Shown in pieces: positions 53,301 through 64,000 of a stretch of DNA of 64,000 nucleotides; positions within the stretch are counted from its first letter, which is position 1; each line of letters begins with the position of its first letter. The position numbers and the translations under genes were made by a program. The notes under the pieces are model-generated. The model saw only the letters and a list, made by a program, of their open reading frames with translations. It had not been told where the DNA came from and searched no databases. Origin of the DNA: Ptychomitrium polyphyllum (lineage: Eukaryota); NCBI GenBank assembly GCA_973851085.1, contig OZ316775.1, forward strand, positions 13,516,001-13,580,000, in the 5' to 3' direction.

Positions 53301-53703
53301 TGAACAGGCTTGTTTTGAGCCCAATCATGCGAGAATTAGAGCTTTTCTTCTGGTCGAAATTGATTTCCTCTCGCGCGCACACATCGCTCTTGAGGATTGG
53401 CAGCGGTGGCGCGAGAGGGAGAGAGGAGGAGGCGTGTCTGGAAGGCGTCACCCAATTATTCCACTGCCGCGCAATTTGGCCCGCCCAGAAGTTGCTGCCG
53501 TCCGGCGCAGCCATGAGCTCTACGGAAGGGCTCATGTAGAACAGCAGCACTGTCCCGTACAATGCGAAGAAGCATTGCAAGCATGTGAGCGCTGCTGAGA
53601 TGCTCAAGATGCGTTTTGTGGGCTTCCGTTTGTACGCCGCTAAGTCCTTGAATTCTCGAAAGACTGCGTCGGCTTCCTTCTCCGCTCCATTCGATGGCCA
53701 CAT
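50329..53703 (-). CDS. Type II membrane glycosyltransferase-family-2-like protein with two GT-A-type modules, 917 aa
   Basis: Exons (minus) 53703-53300, 53191-52526, 52431-52293, 52202-51677, 51569-50938, 50833-50654, 50535-50329; phase-consistent, 2754 nt. N-terminal TM (ISAALTCLQCFFALYGTVLLFYM). Module 1: VTVVLNHFQRKTLCAQLDSL..VYMLDDDMIPG. Module 2: ISIITQTRPASLTRLLDSL..LLLEDDIEVSP..HQLPCSWGALFFP. Confidence 0.92.
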
Positions 53704-55099
53704 GGTTGCCACCACGATAGCCACGCTCCGCCTCTCGGGTGAGGGTCCGTGGTTGCGATTTCTTGCATCGGCTTTCCAAACCCACAACGCCAACCCGCAA
53801 TGCCAATCCCCAATGCTCAACGACAGACGTCAGAAGTCCCCAAATGTTGCAGTGATCACCCGTCACAGCCCACCGTGTTGCTATTCCTAGCACCCGCTGT
53901 GGTGACTGCAGAACTCACTTACTGCCCCGGAATTGCAGAGCACTCTGCATTCAAACAGTGTGATCGAGTCTGTTTTCAAAGCGCGAGGCGAGATTTACAT
54001 AACGTTCGCACCTCCAAAGAGGCAGCGAACGGTTCACGAGCTGCAGCTCGATCGTGATATCTGTCAGCCGGCGACAAGATCGCTGTCACAGCAGGTCAAT
54101 GTCACAGCAACCTCACACATCAGGTCCTCAAATGACCACAACTGCGAAACAGGCTCGATCGCATCAGCGTCACCGAATTTCTGGCTGTAGGTTTGGCACA
54201 GACGATCTTGAACCCTCGCTAGGAACAGTCGCAACACTTAGGGTATAGGCAAACATTCACCATCCCCATCCCAAACCTCCCTCACACGATCGACGATCAA
54301 CGTCAAACGTCGCCGGGTTGCATCTAACGCTGACTTCTGGTCGCCTGCACTCTGCGCTTCCCACGAAATTCAACCCCAAAAGAGTGGCACCAGGACAATC
54401 TGAAAGAGAATCCAAACTCGCAGCTCCTACAGCCTCCGCTCAGCAATCTGTTCGTAGGTCCATTCAACCGCTTCTCACGATTCTCCCTGCAGAGCTCCCA
54501 GTCGATTCCACTCTGACAGAAAATTGTCACACCATCACAATACTCTCCAGAGTCCAAACCCACCACGCACCCACGTTGCAGCGTGAAAGGCACAGGCCTG
54601 ACAAGGGTGGTCGCAACACTGGCTCGTACATTTCTGTGAGAAGTTTTTACTGCCCGGTGCAGATTTTACCACTACTTTCTTCAGCCAGGTAGGCCTTAGG
54701 TTGTTCCCATTTCCCCTATCTTGCCTGGTTTGGATCTTTTCAGTGGTGAATCAAAAATTCAAAACTAAACCACACAATTGAATTTGAGGGAATTAAATTA
54801 GCATTGATTTAAAATGTTAAAATAGAAATGATTTGTAAGATGCTAAAAATCTTAAATTAAGCCTTATTTTTCCTTCAATTGGTGAGGATAAAATACTGCC
54901 CTTTTTTATAACTTCTTACAAATCTCTTAATTTTATCTCAACAAATAGACTTGATTTGGAATCCAATATAACAATTTGCATTGCAATTGAATATAGAATG
55001 GAATAAAAACAACTCTACAATGTTTCATCAAATTTTATTTTTTAAGATTATTAAGTATGTCAATAAGAATCAATTTCCTACAATCAAACAATTTCTCCT

Positions 55100-56400
55100 A
55101 TTGAAATCAAATGAAAAAAATTAATACAATACAATCACTTATTCTAAAAGAAGTAGATTTTTCTTGTAGCCAAAGACTAAATGAATCATTATTAAACAAT
55201 TTGCAATTAACTTCCACTTGCAAGTGGCAATGTCAAATTGTAAACACATGTCATGAAAACATATATTGTCAAGTATTTTTAATACAAATGGGATAAAATT
55301 ATGTTGGTAAAAAAAATATATATATATATATTGGAAAGCAAAGGCAAGATCCAAAGATTGTAAAGCAAAACAAATGCACAATGGAACATTGTGCACTTTG
55401 TATTGTCATAATATGGCTTCAAGTACAAGACAACTAAAGTTCATATGGCCAAATTATTTGCCTTTAAAGGCACAATTGAGGAGCAACATTATAGATTAAT
55501 TTGTAGAGAAATTGTGATATGTTGACATATTTCTTTGTACTAATTGTCACACCTAAATCAAGTTTTTAATTGCAATATGATGTCAATCAATAAGTTTTTT
55601 GTGGAAGTTCTTATTCTATTATTTCTTTAAAAAGCAAATTGCAAGTAGTATGTACAATTATTTTGAACTTGTAAAAATTTTAAGCTTATTGATTATTTAT
55701 TTATTTATGATTATTTTTAATGTTATTCTTTGATTAGCATAAAACACAATCCGTTTTATTTACTATTTTTTAATTAATATATCAATATATTATAATGAAA
55801 CCTTTGTATTATTTAAAAAACAATGTCACATTTTGATGAGTTGTAATGTGTAAAATAAATGACTTTTATTTAATGCATTTGATGGATTTCAGATTTTGGA
55901 TGGGTGGTCTTTTTTTTGTACATATGTTGCATGATTCTTAATGGATGTTTTGTAGCTCATAATAAATTCCAATACTGGTAGTCATTTCTTTAAAATAGAA
56001 TTATGTTTCTTAATTAATGATATTTATTACCTTTCATGATACTTTCATGCAAGTTCTAACATGTGATCCAACCATTTCTTAAAATTAAAATTTATGAAAG
56101 GTTATAAATACAAGCTCCATCAATAAGACTATTTCTTTGTTTTCAAGATGAAAGAGTTTAGGCATTGGATGTTTACAATGCAATATAGTTTCATCATTAC
56201 TATCTTACATAACTTGATTTGCTACATAGATTTTGAAACTAAAATCCAAACCTCAAAAAAGGTATAAGTCATTGTTATCAATTCCTTGCTTTTTCTTGAA
56301 TTTGCAATGCAAATTCTTTTTCGTAGTGCCACACAAGAACAAGAGGACTTGCTCTCATGTGAAAGGGCCCTTGGTGCTGGTTTGACCTTCATCATTGTCT
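55100..56400 (+). mobile_element. Possible decayed hAT transposase relic
   Basis: Plus-strand fragments in hAT order: Cys-containing BED-finger-like pieces (~55220-55440), QILDGWS with the DGW catalytic-Asp motif at 55899, and EFAMQILF...LSCERALG (ORF 56286), which resembles the hAT dimerisation motif A(I/M)R(I/V)L..CER. Spacing is shorter than in intact elements and no TIRs were seen. Confidence 0.3.
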
Positions 56401-59400
56401 GTCAACACCTCCACATTGTGTACTTGTCAATAGTAACCAGAGGTGGGTGTTACAAGGAATCTGAGGTGGGTTATCTGGGTGGGAGTATAGGAGCAAGGCT
56501 TTCCATTTCCTTCTAGTGCAGCCATGTTAGTTGCCATGACAAAGCCACAGTTTTTCCCATTCAGGCCATGTTCTTTGTCATAGACAATATATTCTTCATT
56601 TAAGGTGGCCAAAAGTCCCAGTTGCATACAAGAGGAGACCTGCAGCTGCCTGTAAGTTTGGGATGTTCCACTAGACACAATTTCATAGTCCAATAATAAT
56701 TAGCAACCATGTTAAATGATATCACTGGAGCAAAACATGCCATGATGTCACAATATGCTTTGATCAGGTTGGCCAAGACTGTATTAGAGTAGGAGAGATA
56801 ACCTAGGCAACTCTGCCTGTTCCGTTGACAATGCAGGGCATCCTCTTTCTAGAATGAGTGGTAACTTCTGAAATGACTCCTGTTGTAGCTCCTGTGTGTT
56901 GTAATCACCCTGAGAGGATATTCAGGTGTGCCAGATATGTGAATCTAACCTGGAATCAGCACATTGGCTTCTATGATTTGCCATGCAGTTTTAGAGGTTA
57001 CAGTGTATTAGTACGAGTATGCAGTTAAATCCAAATTATTAAGTAGAGCAACCAATACCAGTACTAATCTGCATATCTAGTGTCAAATTGAGACTTGAAC
57101 ATGACTTTCTGGTCCACAACAAAAGCTAAGTTGCTGTTAGTGTGTTCCCTGAATGTGATTCTCAATAATTGTTGACTGAGATGTTTTGCTATTTTGACTT
57201 GTATTGGCCATATTGTAAACATTAGCCATGAATAACTCAAGAAATAGAATGAATTTTTAAAAAATATTGCAATACCTTTTAATCTAGGAGTCATATTGCA
57301 TAATGTATTAGTGATTTTGTAAGTGGCAGATTCTCTTATTTGTCTCTGAACTATTTTGCAGTTCACATTTAGATAGATAATTCAACATTTAGAAATGTTA
57401 TGTTATTATAAAGAACTTGTAATTAAAACTAGTAGATTTATGTTATTTTAAAAAATTACATAATACAATTCATATATTTAATTCATACATCCTCTCATTA
57501 CATGGTTAATAAATATTTAATGAATTAAAAAGCACATCAATACATTATATAAATTTAAAAGTTCAAACTTGTATTTTTAGCTTTGTTTCTTATCTAATCT
57601 GTTTTACTTAAAAATTTATCAAAATATAAAACAAGGTTCAAAGTATCTTTGGCATAAATGATTTCATTGGTAAATAACAAACACCTACAAATCAAAAATC
57701 AAAAATTAAGTCTCACCTCTAAAGTTCTTAGTTTACTACATTTTTTTTCCTCCAATTTAAATAGAAAGAGAAACATTTAAAGTGTGTAGTAACAAACACA
57801 TCTTAATAATTTTATAAAAAATGTGTTTATCAACTTTTTTAATTACAACTGAATGATGCTTTTTCTTTTTTTTTAAGAAGAAAAATATTGAAGCCAGATT
57901 TTAGGTTTATCACTTTCGTAACAAAAGGACAATTTTCTTGTCATGTTTTTGGGTCTCCATTAAATCAACCCGCATAATGACACCTGGTAATTTTAAAAAA
58001 TTATTCACAAGAAACAATTTATTTGTAGCAAACGTGCCATCTGGCTAGGGATGTTAAATCTGAGGAATAAAAGGGCTACACGATGCACCATGTCAACAAC
58101 GGGAAAGTCAACGTGATGTGGTGCAATGCAATTCAATGAGAGAGAAGTTGAGAAGTTCAAATGTAAGCTGGTGCTCCAAGGAAAAGAAAGAAAGACAAGA
58201 CTTTTTTTTTATAAGTATTACATATAAATAAAGAAATAAAGAAGGAAGAACTTGTATACTATATACCATGAACAACGTCCTACAGATACTTTTAAAATAA
58301 AAGAAGGGAACCTTGGACGACCTTGCCACTCTGTAATACAACTGTAGGTGAAATATTTGACTGAAAACATTTTCATTTTACTTCAGAATTCAAGTTTGTC
58401 ACATGCCAATAATGATTCCAAATTATTCCCTTTTTCTTTTGAAATAGTAATCCAAGAATTTGAATACATTTCTATGGCATCTTTTACTGGATCTATTTCT
58501 GGGCACAGTACAAACTTTCTGGTAGCAAAATATACAATTTTACTCATGCTAGGTTAGAACTCTCATACAGTTTTGACCAGACCTTGATCTCAGTAAGAAG
58601 ACCTTTGACTGCCAAGAGAAAAGGTTTTCCATCAAGTGTCCATTCCCAGAAGCCATTGCACCTTTCCGCTTCTCTCACACAACCATCTTTACTTCCATGG
58701 TAAGCTTGCACTGGAACTCTTTCTAAGAATCTCTTAAACCCTAGCTTAGCAGTGAATACACCAAGTCTTGATTAAGTGGCATCCCATGGCATTCATCAAA
58801 CAATGATTTAATAAGAGGTTGCTATCCATGAACTGGTAAAGTTCAGCTGAAGCACAGTAATTCCATCTATCTGCATGCAAAAGCTCATATGATTTTCATT
58901 TAGGGACTATTGCATTCAAACACCATCAACTTCAACTCCTGTCAATGTGTGGAACACTGCATTTTCTATAGTGACAGGAGATGGTGTTTGGCTGACATGA
59001 CAAGTTACACACATATAATTGACTGGCCAAATTTAGAGCATGCACTATCACATCAACATTGAGCACCAGTGGAAGTTCAAATGAAGATTTTATTACCTCA
59101 GAGCATCCCAGCAGTTCAATAACAATTCATCAAGTGAAATCCGTAGCTAGGGAAGAAGCCATCCACTTTTCAAGCAACACAGCTTTAAAAATGTTTGAGT
59201 TTTTATCTTCCTTAAAACAAGCTGGTGTGGAACAACTTGGCAAGTTTCGGAAAACAAAAAGAAAGTGGTATCCTATTAAACACCAGCTTTTCAAAGAAAT
59301 CATGCACTTTCATAATCAGAACACTGTCGTTCTATGTCCAATAATGACTTGTAAGGAAAAAGCCATTCATACATCTGAACTTTATCTGCTTCTCAATCGA

Positions 59401-62184
59401 TTTTCTAAATTTTCATCTGAAATGTTGAGATAGACATATAGAGATGAGGTCATTTTAGGTTCTACCGCAAATCAGAACTTTCAGTTCACCAATTGCATCA
59501 ACCAAGAGATTCATAACAGCTTCAAAGCTATTGATGATGGTGGGTAACAGTCATTGAGACGTTCAACTCCATCCTATTCCTCCTTTACAATCTGGCTGTT
59601 ACATCTCAACAAAACATATCCTTGATGTTACCACTGAGTTCTCTCTTATTTCTATCTTCTAACATTGAGTTCTCTTGTGTAGTAAAAGAATCTTCCGAGC
59701 AGATCTTTTGAGGGTGATTTTGGGCTGCAATGCCCAGTCAAAAGAGAATTTTTGGAGCCCAATCCCTATTTCTCACGTGTTCAGAATTGTGCAAGCAAGT
59801 GCAGCACCTGAAGCTGAAAGTGAAAGTGAACTAGAGGATGAAGATGAGATTGTCAGTTACAAAGCAGTTTCACATTCAAAATCTGATGTAAAAGGTAACC
59901 TTGCTGATCCACCTAAAAACTAGATTATTCAGTACAAATAACAATAGAGTAGACTACAATTGGTCTTTGTTACAGTATTTCCTAATTACCAAGTGACTGA
60001 GTAAAGCCAATATCATCTCCAGTCTCTATATTCATGCGTTGCATATCACTAACACTTGGTATGGTTGAAGTCATACCCATGCAAGAACATAGGCAAGATG
60101 TATGAGCAAACCTAAAATTGGACTTTTGAATCAGTACTAGCGAACCTCAGCATGGTGTTAATGGAGAAGGCATTCTCAAAGAACCCAACCTGAGCATATG
60201 TGAATATCCTGCTTTGTTGAGACTTTGCTGTCTCAACAAGCCCATCTCTGGAACATATGGGCTAACAAAGAATGTTAAGTTGGGTGCTAGATAAATGGCC
60301 AACACAACCACCCTTGTCTCGAACACGTGAAGAAACAGCAAACAAATTATTGATCCTTGGCGTATCAGGACTCTCACCCATGACTGTAAGACGATCCCCA
60401 TCATCACCATCCTTGCATGAAAATGCAAGTGTTTGGGAAGGTGGCATTGACTTACGGCTTCCTCCAAAGGTTCGCACAATCCCAAGCTCCAGAGCTCCAG
60501 ATGATATTGATGAGACACACTCAGACCCAGCACTTCTTGATGCCCTTGCCACGGCCCCTTTCAAACCTGCAGTTCAATTGGTTCACCACTTCTCCCTCTT
60601 AATTCACTTAACCGCTGATGTTTTGGCCATCATTGACGTAACATCTCACCAAGTAGAATCGTAGAGTAGGAAAATAACAAAAGAGAATGCATAAACAATA
60701 TGTTTCTGCATTACACTAGGGTTAAGAGGTTCAGCAGGTATTTGTAATGTTACAAAATGCGAGGAGAAACAGCCTTTGCCATTTAGAAATTAGAAGTGAA
60801 TTATTTTTCAGTGAACTGGATTAGGCAATTGACTGGAATAGAACTCTAGCAACACCCGCCCTTAACTGTGATGGCTAATCGGGATTGAAAAAGTTTAAAA
60901 CAGCTTCTGTAGCTCAATGAATCACAGAAAACGTACCTCAAAGAATTGATAAGAATTTGGAAGGTTGTGCAGAACCGAAGTGGCAGGCTCTCACACCGGA
61001 GGAGCCACTCCATCGTTTAACTAGAGGTTGCAGATACTCCCTTGAATGCCATATTGCTGCTCTCCTGCATGTCACTTCCGATACTGCTGTCTGATGTTGC
61101 TGGAACAGCGATGGGCAATTTCAGGTCACTCATCACGAAGCGAATCTTGCTTCACCTCTGGCATCAATGATCACTCGCAATTGCATTTCAGAGATATAGC
61201 TAGTCCTACTGATAAATAGCAGATTCTTTGGACCTGGCAAAAAGTCTGCAACAGTAATTCTGCAGTATCTTATATCACAAAGATGATTGCACATTTAAGG
61301 AGAAATCAATGGTAGGCGTGGCATAAACTCAATGATAACTAATTGGCAGAAAGTAGCTGCTTATGACTTAGGATCCATCTGTCCTAATGGCCAGTTATTG
61401 GAATGTCAATTCTGAAATGCTGTACGTATTTGATTGCAAGTAAATAAGACGAATTTCACCAAAGATCTAAAAATGCCCATGAATTATATTACAAATACCT
61501 GGTTAGATTTCCCACATCAAATTATCTGCATCCGGAAGCAGGACACTATAACTTGAGTTCTCACAGTAAGAGTGCAAGCTCATCATATCCTTTTAATACA
61601 AATGGGTAGACATCCACTCCCCGCAACTGACGCAGTTTCGCAGGCAACTCGACCGTTTGTGCGAGGACTATATTGTTGATATGTCGTAGGACTGATATTC
61701 AGGTCACAAAATTATGAACAATAATTGAACAGCTCAAGTGATACAATGTGGGAGGTGGGGCGGTCCCAGGAATTCGACAAGCCATAATGGCTGCTTACAG
61801 TCAAACACTACTCACGTACATAGTAACAGTGCCGACGATCAGAATGGAAGGCTACACTAAGCGACATTGATACTGCTAACCACATATTCGGATGGCGTGC
61901 ACTCGAAGCTAATTAAAGAATGACACTCCAATGATCGCTTAATGGATGCGCCGGTCTATACATTCCACTCACTACCTCATGGACTCTCCCTAGAAAATAT
62001 CATCTCCACAACTTTAAACTCCAATAAAAGCACTGAATGTGTGCCGAAGTGCTCCTAAATTCCACTATGATACTTCTTGTGAGCACATTTTGCAGCTCCG
62101 TTTGCTGTTTGGAAACGGCCCAGACTTCTGCTTCAATAATTCAATCATACTAAAGCCAGACTAATCAACGGTGACAAATTACTT

Positions 62185-62219
62185 CCACGAACGCCACGAA
62201 CGCCACGAACGCCATGAAG
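62185..62219. repeat. 9-bp tandem repeat CCACGAACG x3 plus a partial unit, in the CRK 3'UTR
   Basis: Read directly. Confidence 0.85.
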
Positions 62220-62372
62220 TTAACAGAAAAGTACGGATCGTTCACAAAGCTTAGGCAGAAGAGAAGCCTGTCACCTCAGAGAGTAAGCGAAGCAGCAAAT
62301 GTAGTCAGAAGTACGTAACCACTTGAAAGAGAATAATGCTCCATGTTGCAGGTCGTACGGCACAAAGAATCA

Positions 62373-64000
62373 TCAATGCTGGTTCCTGGCACGAGAGGAT
62401 ACTCCATGAAGCAGCTTGGTAAACCCAATGAAACTCAACCGACCATCAGAACGTCTTATCCATTCTTGAAACACCTGAGCCGGAACCGTTGGTGCTAGTC
62501 CCACCTCCTGAAGATAGTTGAGAAAACTTTCAAAATAAGCAACTTGAGTTGCAAAGATCACTCACGATCAAAATTAGACATTCGATCAACCACAAATTAC
62601 ACATGCTTATGCAATGCGATATAACAAGAATGCTCAAACAATGAATGATTCTTAATTTTTCACAAACTAAAACAATTCTATTACTGTATCCGTTAATTAA
62701 TTCCTGAGAAAACCATGCAAGCAGTCAACGTCAAAATATTGAGATAAATGAGAGGCCTTACTCGTGCAAGTTCATCGACAGAGATGACGCGGTTACCCTC
62801 TTTTTCAAATATCTCATAAGCAGCTCGAGCATGTTGTTCCCATCGATCCGTGCCTTCTAACTGGTGCACACTAATAGCTGCTGCACAAAATTCTGACAAA
62901 TCCATCTTCTTGAACGAAAGGGCGTCCATCTACAAGCGCACACACACAAACACACACACACACACACACATTTCCTAAATGGTATGCACTATTTCTTCCT
63001 CGCGCAAACAGCAACAAAAGATCATTCGACTATTAGGGTAGTTATCATGCAGAAAAAAGCCAGCGCAACAGAAAGATTCCCTGGAAAAACAGATCCAACA
63101 CTCAAAATAATAGGCCGTCAGTTTCTAGTGCAGCAGGGGTTTGTTAGAAAATAACATACCGAAGTCAGAATTTCAAAGACCCGAGACTCCTTCATAGCCT
63201 CGGTTGAGTTTTTAAGCAATGCCTGAATATCAGCAGCAAACAGCACAAATCAGGAGAATTTACAATCAAAGATAAAATCAGTATAAAATGCAATTGTTCA
63301 AACAAACTAGATAGTGGGTAAAAGGAGCAACAAACAAAATGGCATAAAGCTATTAAAAAATTATCCACCTGTCTAAAATTCTCAAACGTGACACGTCCAT
63401 TCTTGTTCGGCTCGAGCAGCATAAATTGCGTGTGTAGATAAAACAATTCATCTTCCGTCAAAGTCTTTGACAACGCCTGTCATAATCCAATCCCAAGTCA
63501 AAATATCAGCAACTTACACTATCACAAGCTACGAACAGCCACGGCCTGGATGAGGCAGGCAACCTGATCATTATCACCATCTGATTGCACCAGAAATAAT
63601 CTTCACTCGTGCCTGAACCTTTCGAAACAATCAAGGCTCAAGACGCACACGAATGTAGATAAAGAGAATTTACTTAAACCATTGTAATATGGAGGGAACA
63701 GGATGACATATATTCTTCATCATTCACCTTTAAAGCTGCCCGTCGCATGGATGTTGCACGAAGATAAGCTCTCACAAGTCTGTACACTATGATATCCAGA
63801 GGTATCTTCACGTTGTTGCTTCGAATCCATGGATGAGCTGCAACTCCAAACAGTAATACCCAGTAAGAACCATGTCAGAGAAACTTTAAGAGTTCAGCTA
63901 TGGTAAGATATAAGTGAGGAGAACCTAGTGGAATAATAACTAAGTAAGATGTTCAGGCTTGCCAATTGCTTAAGGTGAGAACATACTCAAGGCTTGTGCG
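62373..64000 (-). CDS. CRK: CDPK-related kinase (CRK), 3' part only: end of kinase domain, junction, degenerate EF-hands
   Basis: Exons (minus) >64000-63987, 63837-63728, 63476-63369, 63222-63160, 62929-62762, 62507-62373; phase-consistent. Motifs [86 protein letters not shown] and [22 protein letters not shown] are typical of plant CRKs. Confidence 0.95.
62939..62970. repeat. (CA)n microsatellite in a CRK intron, next to the acceptor site
   Basis: Read directly; reads (TG)n on the sense strand just upstream of the TAG acceptor at 62930. Confidence 0.9.

Noticed and set aside
59675..60664. Plus-strand ORFs (acidic EAESESELEDEDE; 130-aa ORF at 60272)
   Set aside because: Splice signals here point to the minus strand. 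These ORFs start at non-ATG codons and look like antisense shadows of Ser-rich frames.

Overview
Eukaryotic nuclear DNA with spliceosomal GT-AG introns. The gene families and composition point to a land plant, probably a moss (inferred, not proven). I rebuilt five genes by hand, all with phase-consistent splice junctions: (1) a NYN + 2x OST-HTH/LOTUS endoribonuclease, DNE1/MARF1-like (+, 8027-10277, 638 aa); (2) a CRIB-RhoGAP RopGAP (-, 15365-17938, 544 aa); (3) an uncharacterised transmembrane + ARM-repeat protein (-, 45345-48929, 928 aa); (4) a two-domain GT2/GT-A glycosyltransferase-like protein (-, 50329-53703, 917 aa); (5) the 3' part of a CDPK-related kinase (-, 62373 to window end). Between them lies very AT-rich, CG/CHG-depleted DNA, including a ~26 kb gene desert (19.3-45.3 kb) with decayed transposon-like relics and ~1 kb islands of higher GC. 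The main leads, all hypotheses: a possible RNA-decay feedback design on the DNE1-like mRNA (uORFs, G-rich leader, 3'UTR intron); a possible fossil LRR-ROC-COR (ROCO/TRN1-like) gene in the desert; an isolated CpG-retaining island next to a perfect 40-bp palindrome; and a multi-intron, apparently non-coding unit downstream of the kinase. I found no prokaryotic systems, CRISPR arrays, tRNAs or rRNAs.
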